A stretch of DNA of 64,000 nucleotides from an uncultured Gammaproteobacteria bacterium (GCA_963797555.1 CAWCPV010000008.1:1-64000); one strand, 5' to 3'. Positions 43,213 to 52,470 are shown, numbered from the stretch's first letter. Notes: generated by a model not told the origin, from the letters alone. A program made the numbers and translations.

Positions 43213-43410
43213 ATGAGCAAAGTGGAGGCACTGGAAGAGGAGGTGCGCAAGCTCTCGACTGAGGATCTGGCCACATTTCGCCAATGGTTTCAGGCGTTCG
43301 ACGCCGAAGCGTGGGATCGCCAGATTGAGGCCGACGCGCTTGCAGGCAAGCTTGATGCGCTCGCGGGAGAGGCGTTGAGGGACTATCAGGCTGGGACCAC
43401 GTCGCTTTGA
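43213..43410 (+). CDS. Small antitoxin of a RelE/ParE-type TA pair (gene cassette)
   Basis: MSKVEALEEEVRKLS..D...FRQWF...DAEAWDRQIEAD...GKLD.LA.EAL; GGAGG SD and TATACT -10 upstream; overlaps the toxin ORF. Confidence 0.75.
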   Translation: MSKVEALEEEVRKLSTEDLATFRQWFQAFDAEAWDRQIEADALAGKLDALAGEALRDYQAGTTSL

Positions 43411-43657
43411 ATCATCACGCTTCGCCGGCCTTCTGGGTCTGTTATCGCGCCCTGCCGCCAGCGGTGCGCGAACGGGGTGACAAAAACTTCTCCCTGCTCA
43501 AGCAAGACCCCTACCTCGCTGCATTTTTAAGCGCATGGGCGTTATTTCTCGGTGCGCGTAGGTCGGCAGTACCGAGCCTTTGGGGCTTGAGGTGCCCGAT
43601 GGGGTGCTGTGATTCTGGATAGGGAGTCATGCGGATTACGATAAGCTCGTGGGGTAA
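43407..43657 (+). pseudogene. RelE/ParE-like toxin with multiple frameshifts and a TGG>TGA nonsense
   Basis: FW.CY..LP..V....K.F.LLKQDP...SLHF...SVRVG..YRA...L*FWIGSHADYDKL across frames. Confidence 0.75.
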
Positions 43658-43693
43658 CAATTGCTTGCCGCCGAAGGGGAGGCGGCGTTAATG
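43652..43693 (+). other. Shortened attC-like site
   Basis: GGGTAAC at the toxin stop, internal hairpin GCCGCC..GGCGGC, then GTTAATG. Confidence 0.4.
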
Positions 43694-43996
43694 TTCCCGC
43701 CCGGGAGGCGTGACCGACGCGATTCGAGCGAAACTGGGGGGGGTGGAGCGGGGCGCTCTGTGAGCGGTTCTTCAATCCGGTCCTGGAGAAGCTCACCCTA
43801 CGTTCCGAGCAAGCCAGCGGTTAGCCTCGGTGGCTGCAGGTCCGGCTCGCCGCGGCCCCCTATCTCGCCGACCTCGAACCGCTCCGTGAGGGTGATGATT
43901 CGTTTGCCGCGGCGTGTGCCGGCCGAGGGCACCCCCGCGTCCTCGCGCGGTGCTGGGCGCCGTTCTGACGGGAGCACGCCCGGACGCGGCGCGTTG

Positions 43997-44401
43997 CCCT
44001 TGACACGCACCGTGTGTGCTGTGCAAGCTTGTCCCTACGGCGCTGGTCCGCCCCCTGGCGGTGATGCCTCGGTGGGGAGAGCCGAGGTCCGGGCAGTAGG
44101 TAGCAGAAGGTGGCGGAGAAGACCACCGGGAGGTGTCATGGGAGGCAACGCCACAATTCCGATCTGCCCATTAGGTCGGAACCCTCCGCGCCGCGGCAGG
44201 GATTACAAAGGCGCGGCGTCCGGCTCCGAGGTCTCCAGTGCGGGTCGGCCGCACCTTGTCCGCCTTTCCCCGGCGAGAAGTCTCTGCACCACGATCCGGC
44301 CTCGTAGGTTCACGGCATCTAAGGCCTTGTCTTGGCGCAGACTCACGGGCTTCCACGGCGTCCGAACCGAGCACGGTCCGCGGGGTGGGCGTGCGGGATA
44401 G
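43997..44401 (+). repeat. Leader repeat copy 1 (promoter + SD + leader ORF, joined to a cassette core site)
   Basis: Collinear with 45307-45680. TTGACA at 44000-44005; GGAGGTGTC-ATG with ATG at 44138; leader ORF stops at TAG 44399-44401. Confidence 0.8.
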
Positions 44402-44413
44402 GCTGCATTAAGC

Positions 44414-44854
44414 ATGACCGATGTCCGTAGAGCTGATCCGGCTGCTCGACGACGAGCGGTTCTCTTTGTCGCCGTCGCAATAGTTGTCGGAACGCTTCTG
44501 ATTGTTGGCCTCGAGCGATATCGCGACCCACTCCGCGATTGGGTCCTCGCGGAACCAGCGACATCAGCGGAGCGAATCAGCTTGATACTTCTACTTGTCG
44601 CCGCGCTCTTGCTAGCGCCGCTACTTGGGTTCGCGGCCTATCTTTGGTCGCTCGGCGGAAGGATTCTCCGAGCGAAAGAGTTTCCACCGCCGGAGCTTCA
44701 CGTTATTCGCGATACTCAGGTCATCACCGGCGAAGCGGCGGTATCCCGGGGACGGCATCTCAGAATGCTGGCGGTTGGCTGTGGCGTTGCTAGCATTGCG
44801 TTAGGTTTTCTGCTCTGGCGCCTGGCGTCAATGTTTAACGACCATGCAGCCTAA
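44414..44854 (+). CDS. Gene cassette: 146-aa hypothetical membrane protein (3 TM)
   Basis: Bounded by GATAGGCTGCAT (44397-44408) and ATGCAGCCTAAC (44844-44855), 11/12 complementary; FPPP motif. Confidence 0.75.
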   Translation: MTDVRRADPAARRRAVLFVAVAIVVGTLLIVGLERYRDPLRDWVLAEPATSAERISLILLLVAALLLAPLLGFAAYLWSLGGRILRAKEFPPPELHVIRDTQVITGEAAVSRGRHLRMLAVGCGVASIALGFLLWRLASMFNDHAA

Positions 44855-45025
44855 CCCCGTGCTAAACACGGCGCGCAGGGCGCGGGCCACGCCCGATCCC
44901 TGCGCGCTGGCGGACTCTCCATCTTGGAAGGGCTCTACGCTAGAGGTCACCGCTTTGTTGACAACTAGCGGGGCAGATCGTCCGCCGGCGGATGCTAACA
45001 AGCGAGAACTGACCCCAATGTCGCA

Positions 45026-45197
45026 CTACTTGGGTTCGCGGCCTATCTTTGGTCGCTCGGCGGAAGGATTCTCCGAGCGAAAGAGTTTCCACCGCCGGAG
45101 CTTCACGTTATTCGCGATACTCAGGTCATCACCGGCGAAGCGGCGGTATCCCGGGGACGGCATCTCAGAATGCTGACGGTTGGCTGTGGCGTTGCTA
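45026..45197 (+). repeat. 172-bp copy of 44621-44792 (one mismatch), flanked by TGACCCCAA(T/C)GTCGCA direct repeats
   Basis: Direct sequence comparison; repeats at 45010-45025 and 45202-45217, partial third copy at 45218-45232. Confidence 0.92.
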
Positions 45198-45306
45198 TGG
45201 GTGACCCCAACGTCGCAGGCCCCAACGTCGCACCGTGCACCAGGGGGGCATCGCATGCACGTCGGGTGGGCAGCGGTGTGGTCCGCCGTCTCCAACGCCG
45301 GCGCGG

Positions 45307-45680
45307 GCCTTGACAGACGCCGCGTGCGCTGTGCAATCTTGTCTCCACGGCGCCGGCTGGCCCCCTGGCGGTGAGCCTCGGTGGGGAGCGGGTCGAGGTA
45401 GTACGCAGTGCAGAAGGTGGCAGAGAAGACCATCGAGGAGGTGTCATGGGAGGCAAGACCGCAATTCGAAGCTGTCCGTCAGACCTGGGCGCTCCGCGCC
45501 GCGGCCGGGATTACGAAGGCGCGCCATCCGGCTCCGGGGTCTCCCGTACGAATAGACCGACCCTGTCCGCCTTTCCCCGGCGAGAAGGCTCTTCACCGCG
45601 ACCCAGCCTCGACCGTTCACGGTGTGTACGTCCTTGTTTTAGCGGAGACTCACGGGCGTCCGTATACTCGCTCTTAGGCG
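45307..45680 (+). repeat. Leader repeat copy 2 with an attI-like end
   Basis: TTGACA at 45310-45315; GGAGGTGTC-ATG with ATG at 45446; ends CGTATAC-TCGCT-CTTAGGC (7-5-7 arrangement). Confidence 0.8.
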
Positions 45681-45697
45681 TTCCGAAAGGCTTGGTT

Positions 45698-46323
45698 ATG
45701 AGTTTATTTGGATTTTTGAGCAGGAAGAAACGAGTCTCTGGCACCATTGCCTACTTCGGCTTAGAAGACTGGTGGTTCTCGGCATTCTCCGAGCATGAGC
45801 GCCGATACATCCAACAGAGGTTCCAGCCGTTAGGTTCCTCTGGCAACTCCGTAACTTCCGGTGACATTAGCTATACAAGCCAATCTGTTGGCAGCTTTCT
45901 TAGCGCCTTGGCCGGGTGGTTTGGCAAGAAGGAAGATAGGCCCATTGCATATAGGATTCTAGAGAAAGCTGAAGAACTGTCTAAGACCGAGAGTCAAATT
46001 CTTGATATTCATTTCCTATATGGAGAGCAACTTGCACTCTATTACAAGGACAGAGATAATCCGACGTTCTAGAAAAAGCTATTGAGGCATGCAAACGACA
46101 GATATCACTCGCTGACGCGGCAGCGAGTGCATTCCAAGCCGAGTATAAGGGCGATGCCTTGCCTAGTCACAAGGGGTATGAACAGTTGTCCATCATCTTG
46201 GAAAAGCAGATGAAGTTCGTCGAGACAATCGAGTTATGTACCCAAGCTGCGAAGCAAGGATGGGCTGGGGATTGGGAGAAAAGAATAGAACGTTGTAGCA
46301 AGAAGATAATGAAGAACGCATAA
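45698..46323 (+). CDS. Gene cassette: helical/TPR-like hypothetical protein, frameshift at ~46068
   Basis: ORF continues in a second frame (LEKAIEACKRQI...LPSHKGYEQLSIILEKQ...GWAGDWEKRIERC). Bounded by TTAGGCGTTC and GAACGCATAA; lower GC than the host genes. Confidence 0.7.
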
Positions 46324-46759
46324 TGGTGAATCGTTAGGTCGTAAACTGCAGGATATTTTGCGAAGGACGACCTACTGATTCATCGCGGTGCTGAAATCAA
46401 TTCAAAGGAGACGAAAATGTCAAGAAACGAAGATGCGATGATGCACCTAAGCTGGGCAAGGCAGGCAGAAAAACGAGGAGATTTTTTAGCCGCCAGGATA
46501 GAGTATCTTAAATGTGTAGAGTCTTGGAAACAGGCTGGTGACAATGTGGAGTTAGAAAAAGCGACGAAGGAATATGAAGCGTTCGTAAGACGAGACCCCA
46601 TATTTGAGAAACTCATCTCCGTATTATTACCAATGATTCAGGCCGACCCGGGCGTTTTGCAATCCGACATCGCCAAACAAGCCGAGTCCATGGATTGGGC
46701 AGCGCTTTATAGTTACAACCGGCCGGTAGCAAGGGAAGATATCTATTACGCTCTTTAAT

Positions 46760-48285
46760 GGCTCTTTCCGGAATCGTGTGGGTAGCAATGGCTATGGCGT
46801 GGGGGCATCTGCCTGATCTCCGACACCAGCGGGTGTGTTGAACGGCGAGGCGGGCAGGTGGGCCAGGTTGCCGGCGATGAGGTAGGCGATGGTGATGAGC
46901 GAGTGCGTGGTGCGGTAGCCCCGGGCGCGAGCCTTGGCGGCCTGGATGAGGGAGTTGATGCCCTCGGCGCGGCCGTTGGTGAGGCCCGAGTGGAACGCAG
47001 CGAGCACGCCGTCCCAATGCTCTTTCAGGGTAGTGGCGAGGCGTTTCATGGGCTGCAGGCGGCTACGCCGTGCCCAGCTATACCAGCGCCCGAGGGCGCT
47101 CTCGGCCTGCTCGAGGGTGCTGGCCGTGGCGTAGATATCGCGCAGCGCCTCCTTGAGGCGCCAGGCACGGGCGGTCTGGAGGCGGCGCGGGAGAGCCAGT
47201 GGAAGTCGGTGAGCTGGTCCCAGGTCCAGTCGTGGGCGTCTTTGAGCCAGGTCCAACGGGTGCCTCTGAGGGCGGGCTCGGTCTTGATCTCCTGGCGGCG
47301 CACCGCATCGACCGCCTCGTTGGCGAGCTTGATCACATGGAAGGCATCGAAGCTCACCGTGGCCTGGGGCAGGTGCCTGGCCACCCCGGCGCGGTAGGCG
47401 CCGGACAGGTCGATGCACACCTGCTCGATGGCCTGCGGGTCGCCGCCGTGCGCCTTGAGGTCGGCGGCGAAGGCCGCCACGGTGCTCTGGTCGCGGCCCT
47501 CGCAGGCGAACAGCAGGCGTTTTCCCGTGAGGTCATGGAACAGGCTGATGTAGTGCTGTTCACGCCGGGCAGCGGTCTCGTCCAGACCGATGGCGCGCAC
47601 CTGGGAGTGGTCCTCCTGATCGCGGGCCCTGCCCACGTAGTGCTTGAGTACCGCCCACAGGCGCTCATCGCCCACGCCCAGGTGCCGAGCCACGGTCGCC
47701 ACCGGCATGGCCTGGCACAGCGTGACCACCAGCGCCTCCATCAGCGCCGTGAAGCCACTCTGTGCGCGCGCCCACGGCGCTTCGACCTGGGTCGTCTTGC
47801 CGCAGGCCTCGCAGCGCAATCGCGGCAGATGCGCGTGCAGGTACGCCCGTGACTTAAAGAAGCTCAGGTGCTGCCAACTGCGCTCCCGGGTGTCGTGCAC
47901 CGGCTGGCCTTGCGCTCCGCAGGCCGGGCAGGCAAAGCGGCTGCCCTTGGCAAACGCCACATCGAGGTCGATGCGCCCAGCCTCGGGGTCGAACCGCACG
48001 TCGGTGACCTCCCAAGGCACCGTCAGGCCCAGTGCCGTGGTAAACAGATGCGTGGGCTGCACGGTGCTCCCCCCTTGGATGACGGCCTGTGGATTTGTGG
48101 ACGAGTCCTGCGGAGCGGCCCGCGTCCCAAGGACCGTGTGGACAACCTCCCGGTTGCCCACACTCGCGGGCCTCTCGCCCACAACCCCACAAGCCCACAA
48201 GCCCAACCACAAGATGTTGTGATAAGCGACCAGTCAGGGCAAATGCTACTTCACCACCGCGACCCACACAATTTCCGAAAGAGCC
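46760..48285 (-). mobile_element. ISL3-family insertion sequence (1526 bp)
   Basis: IRs GGCTCTTTCCGGAATCGTGTGGGT and (rc) GGCTCTTTCGGAAATTGTGTGGGT; 8-bp TSD TCTTTAAT / TCTTTATT. Confidence 0.92.
46792..48062 (-). CDS. ISL3 transposase, 1-bp frameshift at ~47185
   Basis: Zinc finger CPACG...CEACG, IGLDET, CIDLS.AY, FDAFHVIK, TNGRAEGINSLIQ..K..ARGY. Confidence 0.9.
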
Positions 48286-48373
48286 TCTTTATTTCGCTGA
48301 CAAGTTCGGCAGAATCACAAGGACCAAGAAAGGGCGGTCTTATGAAGTACGAATCGCCGGTTAACTACCGACG

Positions 48374-48466
48374 GCCTAAGCCGGTGTTGGAGGCGGGCGC
48401 GGGGAGACGGCACCATGTTTCCTATTATGGCCGGGACCGAGCTGCTAAAACGGCTTAGCGTTAGGC
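48374..48466 (+). other. attC site
   Basis: GCCTAA(g)CCGGTG...CGGCTTAGC GTTAGGC imperfect palindrome between two cassette ORFs. Confidence 0.7.
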
Positions 48467-48488
48467 ATTCCGCGATGGTCGTGGAAAG

Positions 48489-49190
48489 ATGAAAACGCGG
48501 CTCAGAATTCCAAAGATAGTTGAGAAACGTGTATTCCAGGAGGTAGGATCTCGCTGCCCTTTCTGCTCAGAGACCGAGGTTGCCTCTCTGGAAATCCACC
48601 ACATTGATACTGATCCCGCAAATAACCGTTTCGAGAATCTCCTTCTCGTGTGCGCGACATGCCACTCAAAGATAACTGCCGGGATTATCTCTGAGGCAGA
48701 TGTCCAATGGACGAAACGTCATTTCAAAACGCCACTGCAGTCTATTCGCCGCAGCGCTGAGCCTTCCGTGGCGGTGTCAATCTCCCACTCCGAGTTCCGC
48801 GGCGATATAGCTCACACCATCAACAAGATCGCGGCGCCACGTCCTCTACGGATACGACATCCCGAAGGTTCGTTAGGTGCCGACTTGAAGAAAAGAGGTT
48901 ACATTGATTATTTGATTACTCAATACTTTTCGTTCCGAAAAGCTGGCGTTTCGTACGGGGACGTTCGAGCGTTTTCATATGCTGAACTTCATAGGACGAT
49001 TCAAAAGAGGTTCGGGTACAAGACGTTTTTCATGCCTGTAGAGCTATTTTCTTCCCTTGTGAAATTTCTACAACACCGTATTGACCAGACTATTCTCGGA
49101 AAACATCGCCGCAGTGAAGGACAAACAAATTACCACTCGTATGCGGAGCATGTTGAAAAGCATGAGCAAAAGAATGAGGGAGACGCGTAA
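48489..49190 (+). CDS. Gene cassette: HNH endonuclease domain protein
   Basis: CPFC...LEIHHID.DP.NN..ENLLLVCATCH; stop lies within inverse core GCGTAAC. Confidence 0.85.
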   Translation: MKTRLRIPKIVEKRVFQEVGSRCPFCSETEVASLEIHHIDTDPANNRFENLLLVCATCHSKITAGIISEADVQWTKRHFKTPLQSIRRSAEPSVAVSISHSEFRGDIAHTINKIAAPRPLRIRHPEGSLGADLKKRGYIDYLITQYFSFRKAGVSYGDVRAFSYAELHRTIQKRFGYKTFFMPVELFSSLVKFLQHRIDQTILGKHRRSEGQTNYHSYAEHVEKHEQKNEGDA

Positions 49191-49269
49191 CCATCGCCGC
49201 GGCCGGCGAGCGGTTCTGAGAGTATCCGGAGGGTCACGGTTGGGCCGCGGTGGCTGAGGGGCAACGTTA
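49185..49269 (+). other. attC site interrupted at the core by an intron fragment
   Basis: GCGTAAC..CCGCGGCC...GGCCGCGG TGGCTGAG GGGCAAC GTTA. Confidence 0.7.
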
Positions 49270-49408
49270 TCGCGCTGGGCAAAGCTCGGCGCCTCTTGCA
49301 GGGTGAAAGTCCCTGTCGGGAAAGGGCTAGCCACCCACCCGTATCGAGTCTTGGGTCCATGGCGGAGCGGCCGATAGGCCGCGAACAAGATGGGCTAAGC
49401 GTAGACAG
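49270..49408 (+). mobile_element. Group II intron 5' (domain I) fragment, no RT ORF
   Basis: (T)CGCGCTGGGCAAAGCTCGGCGCCTCTTGCAGGGTGAAAGTCCCTG...CCACCCGTATCGAG...AAGCGTAGACAG matches the recurrent 5' domain-I sequence of attC-associated group II introns. Confidence 0.6.
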
Positions 49409-49443
49409 TGGCAGTTAATGGGGTCGTTAATGGGGTCAGACTC

Positions 49444-50948
49444 TAATGGCACTTACTTAACCTTTTTCGGATGTCCGTTCTCGCGGATTTCTTCCCGTAC
49501 GAGCTGTCTTGGCTTGCAGAGCAGCGGAAACGGTTTGGGTCGGCGTTTGACCGCTCTTGGCTCGACGCGCCGGGGGCGTTTCCCGACCCGCTGCTCGGCG
49601 ATCATCACGAGTAAGGCAGACAGAGTGACGGGGTCCTGCGCCCCGCCACGTTGCTGCCACACTGTCCAGATCTGGACGGTATGCTTGAAGCTGAGCTGGC
49701 GCGGGGTCTGATCGGCCAGCCAGGCGGCCTGGGCCATCAGCAACCGGATCAGATTGTAGGCCAGCAGATGAACCCAGACCTCTTTGATCGCCATCTCCGG
49801 GGTCTTGCAGCTCAGCATCTCCATGCCGAGCGTGGTCTTGATGTGGCGTAAGTCCAGCTCCACGTGCCAGCGCCGGCGATACAGCGTCTTGAGGGCGGGC
49901 TTCGGAGTGTGCCTGGGGCAGCAGAGCGTGGTGACCAGGGTCTTGCGGCCGGTGTGTAGCTCGCGCACCTGCAGGCTCTCGGGGGCTTGCTCGTAGTCGG
50001 CCTGGCGCATCCAGTCGGGCTTCTTGGGCTTGTGCAGCACGATGAGGTGGTCGCGCTCGCCGAGCTTCTCGCCCACAGAGAAGTCGATGCTGCGTCGCCG
50101 TGCCCCGTACTGTTCGAATACTCCGTCCACGCCCCGTTGCACCAGCTCGGAGAGCAGGAAATAGGTCGCGTAGAAGGCATCCCCCAAGAGGATGTCACCG
50201 GGGCGCAGGGTATCGAGCTGGGAGCGCAGCAGAGTCTGTTCATCGCTTCCCTTGCCTTGGCACGGGCCCGTGGCCACATCGAGCAACCCGCCACTGCCCA
50301 GGCACAGCAAAGCGACCAGGCGGCACTGGGGAAAACCCAGGCCCGCCTTCTGGCTGGCCGGTTGCGGATAGGCCGCTTGATTCTCCGGTGTATCCGGCAG
50401 CACCACCGTCGCCCCATCGACCAGACGCACCGGGCGACCCTGCCAGTGCCACATCGCCGGGGCACCCTCGGTGATTAGCCGCCCGGTGTGGCGGCACAGC
50501 CGCGTGACCATCTGAAGCGGCAGGCGCTGTCGTGCCTTGCAGTACGCCCCGGTGTGGGTACTGCATCGCGGCAGGCCGCCCACCAGGCGCTTGACCGCAG
50601 CATCATTCACCGCTTGCTGGCAGGAGCGGTCCGCCGAGAGCGTCTGCGCAAGAAACATCGACAGCGTCTCGGTGGGTGCAAACAGCCGCTCACGGTGCTC
50701 CGGCAGCAGCGACTCGACTTGCTCGAACAAGCGCGGGCCGGTGAGCAGGTTGAAAAACGCGTAGGAATCCGTGTTGGCAGCCTGATGACGAACCCGTCGC
50801 TGTTGCTGAACGCAGGCGCAGTGGCTAGGATGCATGAGGGCTGGCTCCCTGGGTGATGGACGTTGTGTTTGGCGACTCAACAGCCTATCACCTACGCCAG
50901 CCCTTCTGCATGCAAATTCAGTCAGTTGCGCTTAAGTAAGTGCCATTC
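49444..50948 (-). mobile_element. IS4-family (IS4 subgroup) element, 1505 bp
   Basis: IRs (T/G)AATGGCACTTACTTAA; 11-bp TSD GGGTCAGACTC at 49433-49443 and 50949-50959. Confidence 0.93.
49453..50880 (-). CDS. IS4 transposase (intact; start may be 50835)
   Basis: AYCKARQRLP, LVDGAT, LGDAFY, LYRRRWHVELDLRHIKT (YREK). Confidence 0.92.
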   Translation of the reverse strand: MSRQTQRPSPREPALMHPSHCACVQQQRRVRHQAANTDSYAFFNLLTGPRLFEQVESLLPEHRERLFAPTETLSMFLAQTLSADRSCQQAVNDAAVKRLVGGLPRCSTHTGAYCKARQRLPLQMVTRLCRHTGRLITEGAPAMWHWQGRPVRLVDGATVVLPDTPENQAAYPQPASQKAGLGFPQCRLVALLCLGSGGLLDVATGPCQGKGSDEQTLLRSQLDTLRPGDILLGDAFYATYFLLSELVQRGVDGVFEQYGARRRSIDFSVGEKLGERDHLIVLHKPKKPDWMRQADYEQAPESLQVRELHTGRKTLVTTLCCPRHTPKPALKTLYRRRWHVELDLRHIKTTLGMEMLSCKTPEMAIKEVWVHLLAYNLIRLLMAQAAWLADQTPRQLSFKHTVQIWTVWQQRGGAQDPVTLSALLVMIAEQRVGKRPRRVEPRAVKRRPKPFPLLCKPRQLVREEIRENGHPKKVK

Positions 50949-52470
50949 GGGTCAGACTCCATTGAGTGCGCGGTGAACTGCATTTCTCCGGCGAGCTGAC
51001 ACACTTGCCGAGCCACCAGGCTTTGCCCACCTGCTCACCGAGTTGCGCTCCCATGGACTGGTGGGCTACTCCAAGCCCCCGTTCGCCGCTCCCGAGCAGG
51101 TGCTGGCCCACAGGCTTCAGGCGGGCCTTGCTCATCAGCTCCTTCCCCAGGAGCCCAATCAGCTCCTCCAGGGTCTGAATCATCGCCAGACTGCTGTCCG
51201 CCGCCACCGCCTGAAGCTCATCGAAGAGCTTCTACGGCGACTGAAATCGAGCCGCTTGATCTTGTCGCCGCTCAGCCGTCGCCGTGTGCACGTGCGAGCA
51301 GATTCTGCCACATGGAGCGCGGATGGTGGCGAAGCCACGGTGCCTCTATTGAATCGATGCAGGGGTGGGTACTGGCGAGCAGCCCGCTGATGGCGCGCCT
51401 AGTCGCCTGGCACGCTGAACCGGGCGCAGGATCGGCTAGCGCGGAGTCGGTGCAGGCGACGTTGCTGTGGATACGGCTGTTGCTCCCCACGCCAAAAGCC
51501 ACCGGACCCTACGGTGTCATGGCGTACGACCACCGCCCCACGCGGCCATCGACCGCTGCCCGCAAGCCGGCTACGGCCCCCTGTAGTCCTCGCCCAATCT
51601 GCCGCTGCGGGCTACCTCTGCCATAGTGCAGTGCGGGGGAGACCACACAGACCGAGACCGGAGAAGGCGGTTTAGTCGCGAACGACATGAGACCACCCGG
51701 CACCAGCAGCGTGCCCGAAGCCAGTACGAACCATCCATGTGGGCGAGGCATGGGGAGGTCCGCCGGAGTCCTCAGGCCGTGGCATGCAGGAAGAGAGGCG
51801 TCAGAGAACCCAGTGGCAGTTAATGGGGTCAGACTCCATTGAGTGCGCGGTGAGCTGCACTTCTCCGGCGAGCTGACACACTTGCCGAGCCACCAGGCTT
51901 TGCCCACCTGCTCACCGAGCTGCGCTCCCATGGCTGGTCTACTCCTAGCCCCGTTGCCGCTCCCGAGCAGGTGTTGGCTTACCTCGGCGCTATGCCCACC
52001 GCGTCGCCATCAGCAATGAGCGGCTCCTCGATTCTCAGACGGCACCGACCGCTTGGCACGCCGCCGGGCGACCTTGCGCATTCCCGGCACCGACAGCAGG
52101 GGCTTCAAGGCAGGCTTCAGGCTCATCAGTTCCTTCCCCAGGAGCCCAATCAGCTCCTCCAGGGTCTGAATCACCGCCAGACCACTGTCCGCCGCCACCG
52201 CCTGAAGCTCATCGAAGAGCTTCTACGGCGACTGAGTCGAGCCGCTTGATCTTGTCGCCGCTCAGCCGTTGCCGGTGCGAGCAGAGTCTGCACATCGAGC
52301 ACGGGGGTGGTGGCGAAGCCACGGCGCCTACCATTGGATCTATGCAGGGGCGGGTACTGCTGCTCGCGGGCAGTATACCCGTGTGGCGGGCGGTGTGCGC
52401 GCTCGCTCGCCTTGGGATCTCCTGCGCGGGCACGGCCCCGATGTGGCTCCGCCTGCCTGCCAATCACTAG
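50949..52470 (-). pseudogene. Two tandem degenerate copies of a module containing an IS110-like transposase remnant (~50949-51385 and ~51811-52470)
   Basis: Aligned DNA; fragments QNLLAR..RLSGDKIKRL..AVAADS.LA.IQTLEELIGLLGKEL..KPLLSVPG. Confidence 0.55.
51712..51810 (+). mobile_element. Second group II intron domain-I-like fragment
   Basis: GAAGCCAGTACG...GGCGAG...CCGCCGGAGTC...CCGTGGCATGCAGGAAGAG...GAGAACC. Confidence 0.4.

Larger units (their letters stand above)
46417..48364 (+). pseudogene. Gene cassette: hypothetical protein interrupted by ISL3
   Basis: ...REDIYYAL at 46758 resumes after the IS as YFADKFGRITRTKKGRSYEVRIAG*. Core GTTAGGTCGT at 46333, inverse core ACGGCCTAA at 48371. Confidence 0.75.

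Noticed and set aside
43661-44000. intI integrase remnant upstream of the leader repeat
   Set aside because: No recognisable tyrosine-recombinase motifs (HxLRHS, TxIYTHV) in the ORF-track translations or the frames I read.
45010-45232. CRISPR array
   Set aside because: Only two to three 15-16-bp repeats, a single ~176-bp insert and no cas genes.
49068-49388. Minus-strand ORF ...RYGWVASPFPTGTFTLQEAPSFAQR...
   Set aside because: Antisense translation of the attC and intron fragment, not a real gene.
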